A stretch of DNA of 64,000 nt, taken from Dudresnaya verticillata. Lineage: Eukaryota. Both the position numbers and the translations under genes were made by a program. The stretch lies in assembly GCA_977862235.1 (NCBI GenBank), contig OZ374563.1:496001-560000 (forward strand), read 5' to 3'. The notes below the pieces were generated by a model that was not told the DNA's origin, searched no databases, and worked only from the letters and a program-made list of their open reading frames with translations. Below are positions 21,901 through 34,570 of this stretch, in pieces. The first letter of the stretch is position 1; each line of letters starts with the position of its first letter.

Positions 21901-23475
21901 CAGGTGCGTTGCACAGTCTGAATGGCATTCGGCAGAACTGAAAGCAACCAGCATGACAGGTGAACGCTGTCTTGGCCTTATCTTCAGCCGCAACTGGTAT
22001 TTGCCAGTAGCCCGAATTGCAATCGAGGGTGGTGAAATACTGGGCGTCGCCCAACGAGTCCAAGCACTCGTCCATGCGCGGTAGAGGGTAAGAATCCTTG
22101 ATGGTAATCGCGTTCAGTTTCCTGTAATCGACACATAACCGGAGGGATCCGTCAGGCTTCTTAACCAGTACCACTGGACTTGCGTATTCAGGGCGTGCTG
22201 GCTCTAAGACTCCTTCCTTGAGCATCTTATCGACCTCGTCCTGCTCTTCTTGTCTCGCTTTCGGCCCTGAACGATAGGGTTGTGCGAATACAGGTTTGGA
22301 ACCTTCTATGAGCTCAATACGATGCTCCGTGACCTTGATGGTTCCTAATTTCCCGTTCCACATGTCGGCGAACGGACGCAACATTTTGCGAACGCGGCGC
22401 CTGACAGACGGGGATAGGTGTTCTAATTCCAAGTCGTCGACTGTGAGCTTCTCAGTGGCGGTTTTGACGCCTAATTTGGAGTTGGCCGCGCCAAGAGCAG
22501 CAGCTAGCCCTGCCCCCCTACATCGAACGATGTATCGGCAGGAGGACGCGAGTCCTGTGGCTTCGGGTCCGTATTGTCGGGGACATCGTCGATGGAAAGA
22601 GTATAAACCGGCGTGGCCGTCGGAGCGGGAACGGTGCGACCAATAACTTGGTTCTTGGTTAACCGTTGCACCTGGGGAGAGAAGTTAGCGATCTTAACAC
22701 GGAAGAGAACGTTCCCTTGTATCTTGACGCTTCCATTCGTGACGACCACGTGCTGACGGTCGTAGAGGCGTTGGAAGGAATCCAAGAAGTGGGTTCCTGT
22801 GGCGGGGTAGGAAACCGCGACCCAGGTTTCAGAACCGGGCTGTAAGTTAGTTTTGTGAGCAACGCGCACGAGGCGCGATGGAGTTAGTGGAGGAACCTCC
22901 ACAGGTTCACCAAAGCGTGTGGGTCTCGGGATTCCGCCTCTTCGTCATAGAATGGGATGTACCGAACCGTCACGTAAGACTACGTGTTGCTTACGCACTC
23001 GAAGTTGTTCGACGTGGCTATCGATATAGGTGCATCCTAGTATCATATCGACGGCTAGCGCCGAGACCACGACGAAGGGTTGACGGACCGTGTAGATTCC
23101 AATCTTGACGACAAGGGAGATCATTCCTAATGTTGGTAAGCGGTGGCTTGATGCCGAGGTAAGGTTGACGATAGACTGGGTCGAGGAAACCTTCTTCCGG
23201 TCGTCCAAAGAGAGCACGTCAGCTCTGATGAGACTGGGGCCTGCGCCCGTGTCCAGAACTGAAAGTACTTGAGTCATGTTTTCAACAGAGGTCCCAACGG
23301 ACGCGACAACTTTATAGTTGTATCTCGATAGCGCGCACACTGGGTCCTTAATGTACTCATCATACTTGCACCCGGGGGTAAGCCCACGGGACGTGCTAAA
23401 AACGCCTTTGGAAGAGGAAGCGGGAGTTCCCGCGAGACCGATCGTTCGGGTGAGGGAGGACATAGGAAATGACAT
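18976..23475 (-). pseudogene. pol: Gypsy A pol: protease, RT, RNase H, integrase, chromodomain (frameshifted)
   Basis: LDTGAG; YPLPRMD/YLDD; TDACD..NYS..EKE..DALSR-like RNase H; H-H-C-C and DDE integrase; GPF; C-terminal YKVRW..NTWEP. Confidence 0.95.
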
Positions 23476-23545
23476 TCCTCGGAGCGATCGGGGGGTTCCG
23501 ATACGACTGGAGTCGCCCAGTGGACCGAAACCGGTTCCCCCCTTG

Positions 23546-26307
23546 CTAGTTTTTCGGCCTACTAGCAGGCGACTGCGGGAGTAGTGGAGTCGGCGGAAGG
23601 CTTCGGGAGCCAGGTCTTGGCGACCGTGGCGCCGTCGGCGTATGTTTCGGAGTGTCCACTAGATGATTCAATCCCCCTTGAAATTGGACATGGCCATTTC
23701 GGCTTGGGGCAGACCCCAAATTTTGAGGAGGCCCCCTCGATGGCCCTGCTCCACGTCCTGACGACGCATAATCGGGTTGTTCCCTATGGGCCCCGAGGCG
23801 AAATCAGGCAGTCGCCCTATGGTGGCTAACCATGCCTTCTGTTCGCGAGACAGTTGATAAAACTGCTGGCGTTTTAGTACCTCAAATGACGGTTCATCCG
23901 TACGAGCCAGATATGGGCAATTCGGCTTTTTATGGCCCACGCCCAGACACTCGAAGCATATGTCATTTGGCCTGTCTTCGACAGCCACCCAACCGGGACG
24001 TTGTGTCCTTGTGGGCTGAGCCCACGCAGGCATCCTGTGGTTGTAGTTCTGAAGGACTGCGTCCACATCGCCATGGTATGGGTGGTCACTCAACGCGGCA
24101 GACCACGAGTCTGATTGGGTTACGTTGGACGGAGGCGCTTCGTGATCAATGGCTGCCACCACTGCATCCTCACTGTCGGCCTCAGAACTGCTGCTCTTCG
24201 AGGAATCGGTGTCTGAGGACTGTTGAGCCCTATTTTGCCGAATGAGGAGCGCTCTTCCAGACTTGTGTGTCTTGACCCGTGCCAGGGTTTTGCGAGGTAA
24301 CGAGGAGCTCGCCTTCTTGGGACGAGCACCACCCGCAAGGGCGCGGTGCGAATCTCCCTGGGCTGTCGCTAACTCGACATAGTCGGCTAGTCGCGCGGAG
24401 CGCGGAGCGCGGGTCCAGGGAGGACGTGCTTAGAAGCGGTTTCACCGTTTGTAGTAGCCCGCGTATAAAACGCGTTATCAAGTCTTGTTCCGAGTAGACT
24501 CCCGCGACCTTTCGCACCTTATTCTGTAGACGTCTTGAAAAAGAGACTTCGTCTTCCTCTGACCCTTGGGTCATCGTATCCATTTCAGAAGAAATCTGTT
24601 CAATGTAAACGTCCTTGGCGTAAGTCCGCAAGAGGTAATTTATGGCCTCGGGCCACTCATTGAATCCGCCATTGTCGTCTCCGGCCGCGTCCAAGTTTGC
24701 TTCGACATGTCCTTCGCGTCCTTTTCAAGGAATTCAGGTATGACCAGGATGGCCGCTCCTTCGCTCACTTGGGCTTGGTCCAACTGTCTCTTCAAGGTGG
24801 CTAGAAAGCCTATGATGGAAACTGGATCTCGCCCATCGAATCTCCGACTCCTCATTACGGATTTAATCCGCTTGATCTTTTTCGAGGTGGCTTCCGTTAC
24901 CTCGGGCCCACGATATGAATCGACATTCAATAATCCGTATATACGGATTATTGAATGTCGATTATATCTCCGTATATATCGGAGATATCTCCGATACGAA
25001 AGTACCTGTATGAACGCCGGGTTTCGTGGAGTTAACTCCTTGATTCCTGCTCGACGCGGTCCTCGCCAGGAGCTCCAAGAGGGTTTTGAAAGACCTCGTG
25101 ACGTCGGCTCGTCCTCGTCCGATTGCATCGGCGCTGGGTATGAGGCGTTTCGACGCTGCCCCTCATCATTACGGCTTGAAAGCCGGTCCTGACTGGCGTC
25201 CCGTGTATTGCGACATACAGTGGGACCGTGCGATGACCGGCAATCACACCGGGGGTGCGCGGACTTCCTACGACTAAGGTCGTCCTGTCCAGACTCCCCA
25301 TCCGAGTCACGTCTTGGAGACGTCCTGCGACGGTCTCTCGTGCTGAGGGGCACGGGGGAGAGTCGCCGCTCGACCTCAGGGCTTAAATCCCTCTCACGAC
25401 TGAGTCGTCGCATCCTTGCTTCCAGAAATGAAACCTTCCGCTTTTCTGCATCAAGCTCTTGTCTTAAGAGCTCGATCGCTCTGTCTCGTTCGACACACCT
25501 TGTGTCGTCTACGTTTCTACGAACGTCTTCTATAGCCATTACGGCTTCTTCTCGAGTTAGGTCGGTGACCTTCGTAAGCGAATGGAGGTTTCCATGGATG
25601 GCGTCCAATTGGTCACCTATTGAGTCCATTTGCGCTTGCAGGGTTTCGACCCTCTCTTCTTCTAATCCTCTAAGAGGACCTTGCCGGAATCGAGATTCCA
25701 TCTCCTGTTGGCACTTAGCCAAAAGGCGGTCGTCACGGCGCGCCGACGCCTCGTCGATATATCTCTTGACCTTTAAGAAGGTGTCGTCGGCTTGACTTTC
25801 CAGGAGCGCCACGACACTTGTCATCAAGGAACGCTCGATTCCTAACTCGACCATTCGTCCTATCTCGCGCTCTGTAAAGCAGCGGACGTCCGACGAATTG
25901 TACTTCGTTCTTGACGGCAGCCCGGCATCCTGGGCGGCAGTGGTATCATCATTTTGGGCTCGTCCTCCTATGGCTTGCTGGCTGGCTAAAGCCAGAGGCG
26001 ACGACATCATTCCAGGGTTCGAACCCTCATTCTCCCCGATGTTGGCGGGGACTTCTTCCATGGTTCGAACCGTATATTCTCCTTCCAGGACCTGGTCCCT
26101 GCCTGGTCCAGGTATTTCTTCTCCAGCCGGGGCGCCCGTTATTCGAGGAGGGTGTCCCAGCTTACCCGCTACGGGGTTTACTGCAAGAGCGGTTGAGGCT
26201 GCGCGGGTGCGGGGCCCAGTCGTTCTCACGGAGGCAAGACTGCCTGTTCGGCTTACTCCCCGACTCGATAATCCGGGCCGGGTAGTCTCGCCATTAGAGG
26301 TTGGCAT
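23546..26307 (-). pseudogene. gag: Gypsy A gag (frameshifted)
   Basis: ORFs 24640..26307, 24230..24694 and 23668..24162; WPEAINYLLRTY; CFECLGVGHKKPNC knuckle; collinear with Gypsy B gag. Confidence 0.9.
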
Positions 26308-26694
26308 ATTCCCAATACAATTTTCAGCTCAGCCGGCGAGGTAGCGGGGACTTCTTCCCAGGCCTCTCGGCGGTTCAGAACCGTATGGTTACACGTGTTT
26401 TCTCAGGTTGCACGGAAAACCTGTCGAAGTAGGCTCGACCCGGGCGTCAATCCGCCGTCGAGGGGAACTTCTAGAGATGGTTTAAAAACCGTAAAATGTA
26501 GTTTGTTTGCTCACAAGATTTGACGTAACTCCGGAGCTTAGTATAAAGCGTAGAAACCGTCGACAATTAGACGACTAGGGTTTTACCCTTCGAAGGAAGA
26601 TTCTTGAAACTTCAACGGACAACGTCCTGTCTTGAATATCTTGACTCGACCCGTCCTGGGTAAGGTAGAAAAAGGGTCCGATCCTGAGAACTTG

Positions 26695-26712
26695 TTCTAG
26701 GTCGGGAGACCA
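26695..26712 (-). promoter_or_regulatory. Primer-binding site of Gypsy A (TGGTCTCCCGACCTAGAA)
   Basis: Starts with TGG 1 nt after the 5' LTR; identical 18-mer in Gypsy B. Confidence 0.9.
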
Positions 26713-26713
26713 C

Positions 26714-27440
26714 TGTAGTAGAATGGCTTTGAAGCCAACAGAGACGGCGACACGGAACGACAGCTGTCCTCAAAGAGTGATCCCACTCGCGCGGTTGGTA
26801 GCTCGGTAAAGGGGTGGTAGAGACTTGAAAGGGCTTAAAGCCCTGACAAAGGAAAAAGGGAAAGGCGAACCCTGCTGAATAGAGCAATTCGTCGTAGACG
26901 ACAGGGCTTGTAGACGCCCAAAGGAGGGTTGTAGCGGTAGCACCGTAAGTCTCCAAAAAGGGGAAAACCCAAGGCACAGACCGCTACCGGTTTAGTGCCG
27001 GGCCCCTGCTACTCAGGGGCCCCATAAATACGGCGAGAGCCGAAAAGGTGCTACTCGCTCAGTTAGAGCTCTATGGCTAATACTTAGCTAATACTGTACA
27101 ATACAGGTAGAACATGTCCTTAGATAGGAATGAGTGGTCAGGCCACAAGGCGAGCGCGGCGCCACTGTCAGGCGCCGCGGGGCAAACATCCGCCAGCAAT
27201 GCATGGCGCGATGGTGCGGCCATAGTTAATCCCCAAATGGCACAGTGCCATATCATCTGGAGCAGTGTGCCTTACAGATCAACTCTGTACATGTGTTGCC
27301 TTACAACGCAGGAGCGTTCCAGCAATGAAATCAATCGGAGCACCAGCCATATCATCTGCGCAGTTGTGCGCCTGTCATTCCTTACAGAGGACTCGTGTCC
27401 ACGTGGCTCCTTACAGGGCGTCAACGCCCGTTATACCACA
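26714..27440 (-). repeat. 5' LTR of Gypsy A (727 bp)
   Basis: TG...CA termini, adjacent PBS. Confidence 0.97.
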
Positions 27441-27659
27441 CCAAACGCTAATCCGAAACATAGCCCATCCTGACAACCATACGGTCAGCGAAGTGAGCCA
27501 TCACCTGCCCGCCGACCCCTTGCCACCCGGTCATGCAGACGCACTGAGAACACCGGCAGGCACGCTCGAGACAAGTTCTGATGGCTCCCACGATGCGGTG
27601 ACAGGTGGTACAACGCAAGCGAAGCCACGAAAGGGCAAAGATGCGGCGTCGAGGGCGCG

Positions 27660-29640
27660 AACAAGCCCTTGACCTACTGCGCTCTACGTCGCATTCTATC
27701 CGGAAAATCGCCGCCTCCACTGGTGTCCCTAAGACCGTTGTTGGGGACTTGAAGTAACTGTTGCGTCACCAAGATGGAGAAGGGATTTCTAAGATGTTCG
27801 AAAGCCGCGGGCCCGGTCGTCCGACTGTTCTCACAGACGAGGAGGAGGGCATGATTATAAACCGTATCCGCTTCGATGCGGCAAGGGGCTTTGCAATCGA
27901 TCACGATGGTATAAAGCATCTAATGTCTCGCATAGCAGCAGATGGAAGGGATGGCTGGCGTAACGGCGTGCCCTGCGATGACACAACTAGGGCCTTTCGC
28001 GCCCGCAACAGGGAGATAACCTTTCGCAAGGTGGAAAATAAGGAGGCCGCGAAGCTCCGGGCCGAAGACCGCATGCATGTCCAAACGATATTTACTGACA
28101 CTGGAACAAGTGGAAGCAAAGCATCCTGGAACTCTTCTAGACGGGGAACGCCTATGGAACGTAGATGAAACGGCTGTAGACGCCACCACAGGAGCGGTGC
28201 GAAAGGTGTTTTGCTCATCAACGGGCCATCACGGGGGCTTTGCATCATGTTCTGGTGCTCAGGGAACTAACAAGCATATAACAGCTGTGGTAGCCGTTTC
28301 CGGCTCTAGGAGTAAGACGCCTCCGTTCTTCATCGTCTCCGGAAAGCGCGCAATGAGCAACTGGACAGATGCGTTAGCAGCTACAGCTGTAATGCGGGAG
28401 GAGGAAGTGCCGTTGACTTGCAAGAAGTTGTATAAAGGCGACTGGTTTCCCGCAGATGGAGTGGTCAAGGTGACTGACAACGGTTCTATGGAGATGTCTG
28501 TTATGCCCGCACTGATGACGCATATCAATAAGTCTGTCCGTGAAGTCGTGCCGGCTGATTTGCACTATGTTCTTGTCATTGATGGTCATAGTTCTAGGAA
28601 AGGAACGGAATGGATCGAGACGTGCCAAGCAAACAAATGTGAGGCAGTTGTATCCGCTGCCAACACGTCCCACTTCCTCCAGCCATGCGACCAGCACGTT
28701 AAAAATGGGTTTAAAAGGCTTTAAAGCAATTAAGGGATGAATTCTGTAGGGTGATGGCTATGGATACAAGACAGGTGTCCTTCAACTTGGCGTGTGGAGT
28801 GTTCGCGTTTGAGAGCATCACAATTAACGACATCAAGCAGTCGTTCAAGAACACAGGAATGTTTCCCTTCGATGCTCAGTTTGCCGCACGATTCACAACC
28901 GCCAGATACATTCGCAATGAATCCGCCGTGGGTGAGATGGAGCGACTCGAAAATGCCGGAGTTGCGTCGCGGTTACCGAGCGTACGCCGTCGTCGCGCAG
29001 ACACAAGCACCTTCTTGGAGGCTAAAGAGATACTCGAAGGAACGCGAAGTGGTGGTCACTCAAAAGCTTTACAAAGTCTAAGCATGTTGCTCGCTAATAC
29101 TGAGACGGTCAACAGGATTCTATCCGCAGGAACGGACGTCGTCAATCCTCAAGCGCCCCCCTCAAGCCGCGCTGTAGAGCCCAGCTTTCCTTCGCGGCGA
29201 CGCATTGCCCTCGACTGTGGGGCGGCGGCAGAGTGCGTCACGATGGGTGCGGTTCTAAAACGCCCAAAGGCAATTGAAGCTGAAGCCGCTCAGCAGCAGC
29301 TCGAACGCGACGCCGAAGCCGAGCAGCGGAAGACGGCCAAGCTCGCCAGGGATACTGCAGAAGCGCAGCGAAAGACAGAACGTGATGCTGCCAAAGCAGC
29401 CCGCGAGCAGCAGCGTCAGGAAGCGGCAGCAGCCAAAGCTGCCGAAAAGGCATGAAAGGCCTGCAGCGCATGATGGACAGGACTCGTAAGATTACTGCAG
29501 CGGAAGAGAGGAAGGCAGCAAGAGCAAGGAAGGTTAGTGAACACAAAGAGGCTCGCGTTCAGCGCGAGGAGGTGCAGCGCGCAAAGCGGGCACGAATCGA
29601 GCGGCGAAGCGAAATACGTACAATGGCTAGCTCGGTACAC
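27660..29640 (+). pseudogene. pogo-like DDE transposase (stops and frameshifts)
   Basis: HTH SIRKIAASTGVP, GRPTVLTDEEE, LWNVDET, LVIDGHSS, SHFLQPCD, SFKNTG, then an Ala/Glu/Arg-rich coiled tail. End approximate. Confidence 0.88.
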
Positions 29641-30099
29641 GCCTCATGGGATTCTTTCTTCGCCCGTGGGAAGGCGTCTGTGTCGGGCACGACGGGGCGG
29701 TTCAGGCAAAGGCGCAAGCCGCGCCTTGCCGCGTTCGCGGTGGGTGCAGAGCTGGCTTGGGAGCTTCTGCACAGTGCGACGCGCCCACACTCCTTTTGTC
29801 CGCAATTTACCTGCCCTCCTGCCACGGGCAAGAATGGCGCCCCTGACGGCACCTGAGTGGCTGCAGCCGAGTCATTTTCAATCGATATGCAGAGGGTGCC
29901 TTCTATAGGTACTTTCGACGCTGAGGCCAGTGACGGGCTCTGATTTGGCATTTGGTAAAGGCTTTGTGTTTTGTTTTTAATTTTTCGCTATCTGTCCGCA
30001 AAATCCCTTTTCTGGAAGGTACATCCAGGAATCATCAAATCGCCAACGCCAGATTTTTTCGCTTCAGAAATAACCGTCCTGCACCTAATGTACAGTGGT

Positions 30100-30468
30100 T
30101 GTCGGAACACGCGAACTGTAAGCGCGTAGGCGGTGGTGGGTGGTACAGTAGCGGCGACTTGGTCGGGTTTCGCTACGGGGCGCCTTTGGGAGGCGCGCGC
30201 AGTGCGGGCGGCGACAAGTCGTAGGGTAGAAGGACCTTTACTTAGGTGACCTGAGCGTAATGTTCTGTGTGTGTGTCTGTCTGCCGCTAGCCGGCAGACG
30301 AGAGCATCTTAAGTACGCTTTGTCAGTCCGTTTCCGCTAGTCGGAGCCGGAGAGAGAGCAGCTAAAGGATTACTAAGACTCACGCGGTATCCTCGACTCT
30401 CCCTGAAGGAGCAGAGTCAGCATTACGTGGCATAGCCGTCGAGTCGTCACCATCACTGTATTTCTACA
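30100..30468 (-). repeat. Copia 3' LTR
   Basis: Direct repeat of 49803-50170, TG...CA. Confidence 0.96.
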
Positions 30469-30479
30469 CTCCCCACTTT

Positions 30480-30664
30480 TTAGACGCGAGACGGATCGGA
30501 AGAGCGGGTAAGGCGAACAATCCACTGTTCGACGGGAAGCGAGCACGTGGAAGAGGATATGAGGGACGACAGGACAGGGAACTTGGTGATTTTTCTGAAG
30601 GCATCGGCCGGATTCTGGTTAGTGCGCACCAAGCTGACGTTTGAGATTTCTTCGTTGTCGTAAG
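30480..30664 (-). pseudogene. Copia RNase H C-terminal remnant
   Basis: YDNEEISNVSLVRTNQNPADAFRK resembles the Copia RNase H NxAD.lTK motif. Confidence 0.8.
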
Positions 30665-31052
30665 TGTGGTATAACGAAGTCCGCGGTGACGCGGGGAAGT
30701 CTGGCACTGTAAGGAATGGCCTCAGAGCCTAACGAATGGCCTCGTATCCTAACGGAGAAACGAAAAGGGGTGGTAGCGTGGTAGAGCGGAGCGACCAACA
30801 CGAAGGACCACGGTGTCAACGTATTCGTGTGCGGAAAGGAGAACTCGAGCGATCGATCACCGGGGATGACTCCGGATGCGCGGGGCTATCGAAAGCGACC
30901 CTCGACCGTATCCGCGGTCACGAAGACGAAGACACCGAACTCGAAGAAACAGGCGTTTACCGAAGACTCCGAGGTCGGGGCGCTAGTCGCTTGCAGGAAA
31001 CCCTCGGAGGTTGTGCCAGACGACTGGCTAAGTAATACTACGTGAGCACGAA
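30665..31052 (+). mobile_element. Truncated LTR (U3 part, A-related)
   Basis: Begins TGTGGTATAACG exactly like the Gypsy A LTR 5' end and shares CTGTAAGGAATG. Cut by Gypsy B. Confidence 0.7.
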
Positions 31053-31886
31053 TGTGGCGCACGGGGGGTCGAGCTTTTATCTCCTCGCCATGGGCGTCAA
31101 GGGCCTCGGGGACCGACGGACGGTCGCCTGAGACGGCTCATTCCCCGTTGGCGCGAACACGTCATCGACGATTGGCCTACGGACGCGTAGGCGCCGCCAC
31201 CCAGCGCAGCGCACGCCCGACGCACTGTACGGCGCAACGCTGCAGAGCGGATCCGGATGATGTACCGGGATCAACGAGGTGTAAGGAAGTCGACTGTCGG
31301 GTTGGCCCGGATCCCGATCGAATCCGGATCCGACATCCAGATCGGACATCGGAATCCGCTGTAATGGAAAAGTGCCTGTAATACGTGCCAATCGCGACCC
31401 GAATCTGGATCGCCTACAGCACCGTGCGAGCGCGCCTCTGTGAGACGCACGTGCCGGCGCACAGCGGCTGCATTGTCCTGGGACGTGTCAGACACACCTC
31501 CACGCGACACGCGTCCCGGGTTCCTGCGCACTACGTCATGCAGCCGCTGCGCCGCGGCTCTATAGTATTACTTAGGTACCTCGTCCAGGACGTAACAGTA
31601 AAGCCCCGGTAAGCCGGTTTGGGCCTAGACTTCCCTTCCGCGACAGCGCGCACCCTACTGCTGCCCGGAAGCATAAGCGTCTACCTATCCGTGTTTCCAC
31701 GTTCCTAACCGTTGCTAACGTGTTTCCTTTTGGGTTTTTTGCCCCTTTGTCCGCTCGCCCTGGGTGTTTACAGTCCGCCCTAGGCGTGTTCAACCTGCTC
31801 TACCAAGGTCGCTATTAGCGGCTACCCACCGGGCTCCCGAACGGCCCGGAGATGATCTCCGTCTTCAGCACGACGTTTGCACGACA
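31053..31886 (+). repeat. 5' LTR of Gypsy B
   Basis: TGTGGCGCAC...GCACGACA, followed by the PBS. Confidence 0.95.
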
Positions 31887-32012
31887 ACTGGTCTCCCGAC
31901 CTAGAAGCTGCTACGTTTCTACGAACTTTAACGTCTGTGAGACGATCGCTTAACCGTCACCCTGACGTTCTGCCTATCGTTCACGACGTTCGCCTACCTC
32001 TTCGAAACAATC

Positions 32013-34570
32013 ATGGGTCCACCGCGACCACCGTTATCGCGTGGATCCTCCCGACGCCCGTCTTCGACGCCCCGCACTATGCCACCGTCGGGACCGGCCC
32101 AACCCATGACGGCGCGATCTGGTCGTCACATCAGCCCGGAGATTGCCTCAGCCTTTACGGCACCGCCGGACCATGACGTGTCACACGCTTCGTTGAACAG
32201 GGGAGAACCTGCTCCCCCGCCGAATCCGATCGTCGTTCGTACTTCAATCCCGGAAGGCTCCGCCCTCCGTACCTACCACAATTGCGTTGACTCCGCCGAC
32301 AACGTCCAGGCCGAGCAGCAACGCGTCGTAGACGGAACACAAGCCGGCCTTGCCGAGGAACAACAAAACCAACCCCGGCTTCACAGTCACAACAACAACT
32401 ACCAACCGGAAACGTCGAGGACGACCGAAGCCGTTTAGCGCCTTTGGACTTCATCGACGATTCCCCACCTGGGAGGGACTGATGTCCCACGCCTCACGGC
32501 AGTGCCGAATGTTCTCCGGCAGAGCCCTCTGGTCAACGTCGCAACGCAGAGTCGTCACCGGTGCGGCGAAGCCCGGCGAGACAAAGTCCAACACGACCTT
32601 CGCCCGCAGCGTCTCCTGCGTCCGCTCGCGTGGGTAATCTCACGATTCCCCGCGACCGCATCCGAGACGTTTGCGTCATTGAGGACGATGTGTTGCTATC
32701 GCAATTCGCGGAAATGCTCGACAACAGTGTTGGGGGAATCTCCAGCCATCTACAGACGTTAGAGGAAGGTCGAGACGGAGCCCTACAGGGTTTACGAACT
32801 GAACTTGACCGTCTGATGACGAACCCGGGTACCAACGCCAAGCAACCCGCTACAGTAACGATCAACTCGCAGTCCGAACTGAGTTCGCGCGAGCGTTTCA
32901 ATCGCCTGGCGACTCGTTTGGAACGATTGGAAATCGCTAAGTTGCGTCAAGGACAACCACCGTCGCCTGAGGACGAAAGCGACGACGAAGATCGTCGCCG
33001 CCGAAAAGGCCGCAAGCATCGCGACCAACGAAAGAAACGCTACGAGCAAAAGAAGAACCGTCGACGACGTCACAGAGATTCCTCATCTTCCTCCGACTCG
33101 TCGAGTGATGGAGAATCGTCAGGTACTTCAACGGATGACGAAGAGTATCCAACCCACGGCGGAGCCGTAAGGCCACGCGGCAAACGGTTCAAGGGATTGA
33201 AGGAGCTACGCCCCTCCAACCCCCTCTTCGATCGCCTCTTGTCGTATCGTACTTACCGTCTAACAGACGTCGGGCAAAAACGTTCCGGACGTGAAACAGG
33301 GAAGATCAAGGACCACATAAAACGTCTAGAGTTGACGATGAAGGACGCCGCCTTCACGGGCGACGACCCTGTCCTAATCCTCGAGTTCCTTACGCGTTTC
33401 GCGGATGAGGCCGATACGCTAGAAATGAGGGAAGCCCAAGCGTTCGTAGCGTTGCCATACTTCTTACGAGGTACGGCGTCAACGCAGTTCCGATCAGTCA
33501 AGTCGACGTCAATACGCCATCGAGGTGGGGTCTCTTCATACCCGGAGGCGGTACAATACCTCCTCCGTACGTACGCAACGCCTTCAGCGATTCGATCCGC
33601 CGTACTGGCGTTACGTTCGACAGCACAGAAGCGGTCCGAAGATGAAACTGCCTACGGCATGCGACTCGCTGGAGCGTGCATCCGTTGCGGTAACGTATAC
33701 CCCGACTGGGAAAAGATGACCCTATTCATTGACGGACTCGACCCGTCGATACGATCGCTGGTTGCCCGCTTCCGCGAGGAGACGCCAAGGGCGGAGCTAT
33801 CGTTCGAACGATTGGTGCACTTCGCACAAGACGAAGGCGACGCGCATCGCGCGCGACACGGCAGGGCCGGACAGACTTCGGGTCGACAGGATATATTGGT
33901 GCCGGCACAAGTCGCTCGCAACGTACGACCCGCTGTCGCGGTCAACCGTCAACCGACGAAGAGTCCGAAGCCGGCGGCACGCGCCATGCTGACGGAGTCG
34001 TCCGTCGAATTCCGATACGTTAGCCACCGCGACGATGATGTCAAAACGCACGCCGATGGCGACTTGTACCTAGCCGACGAACAACTCTCGATACCAACGT
34101 CGGCATTGCCGACAGACAGTTACGTCGAAGACGAAGAAGAAATAGACCCCGCCCTCGCCTTTGGGCGCTCGAACGTACCCGCGCCGCGCGTACCATATTC
34201 AGAATATGCCCCTCATGTTCACCGCGCAAGGCCCGGATGGCAGGACCGAGGGCCTCCTCGTCAAGACGTACGGCGACAACTTATTTGCCATCAGTGCTAT
34301 GCGCGTGGCCACATTGCGGTGGAATGCTTCTTGCGAATGAGTGACTTCATGAAGGTCGTCGCCAACTACGAGGGCCTGACGGAGACTGAGAGGAACGGGG
34401 TACCCGCTGATGCGTACCACCGTTGTAAGGAACAAGCCACGAAGGAAGCAGCCCGTCGCGCCGCGCGTTCATCATCGCCAGGGGCGGGACTTGCACCGCG
34501 TGCAGCCGAACGCCATCCGACGATGCTAAACCGCTACATAGCGCAACCACCGCCGGAGGCGAAAAACTAA
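32013..34570 (+). pseudogene. gag: Gypsy B gag
   Basis: ORF 32561..34570 (YPEAVQYLLRTY, CHQCYARGHIAVEC); probable N-terminus is ORF 32013..32438 in another frame. Confidence 0.9.

Larger units (their letters stand above)
13807..27440 (-). mobile_element. Gypsy/Ty3 chromovirus A, full length but decayed
   Basis: LTR pair 13807-14516 and 26714-27440; TSD CCAAA at 13802-06 and 27441-45; PBS; PPT at 14517-14533; gag-PR-RT-RH-IN-chromodomain on the minus strand. Confidence 0.97.
13646..30019 (+). mobile_element. pogo-like (DDE_1/CENP-B family) DNA transposon, about 2.7 kb, interrupted by Gypsy A
   Basis: TA|CCTTCCATAAAAGGGGATATTGGGACA ... TGTCCGCAAAATCCCTTTTCTGGAAGG|TA: imperfect TIRs with TA TSD at 13644-45 and 30020-21. 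Subterminal inverted repeat GGTAAATTGCGGACAAAA at ~13676 and ~29794. Confidence 0.85.
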
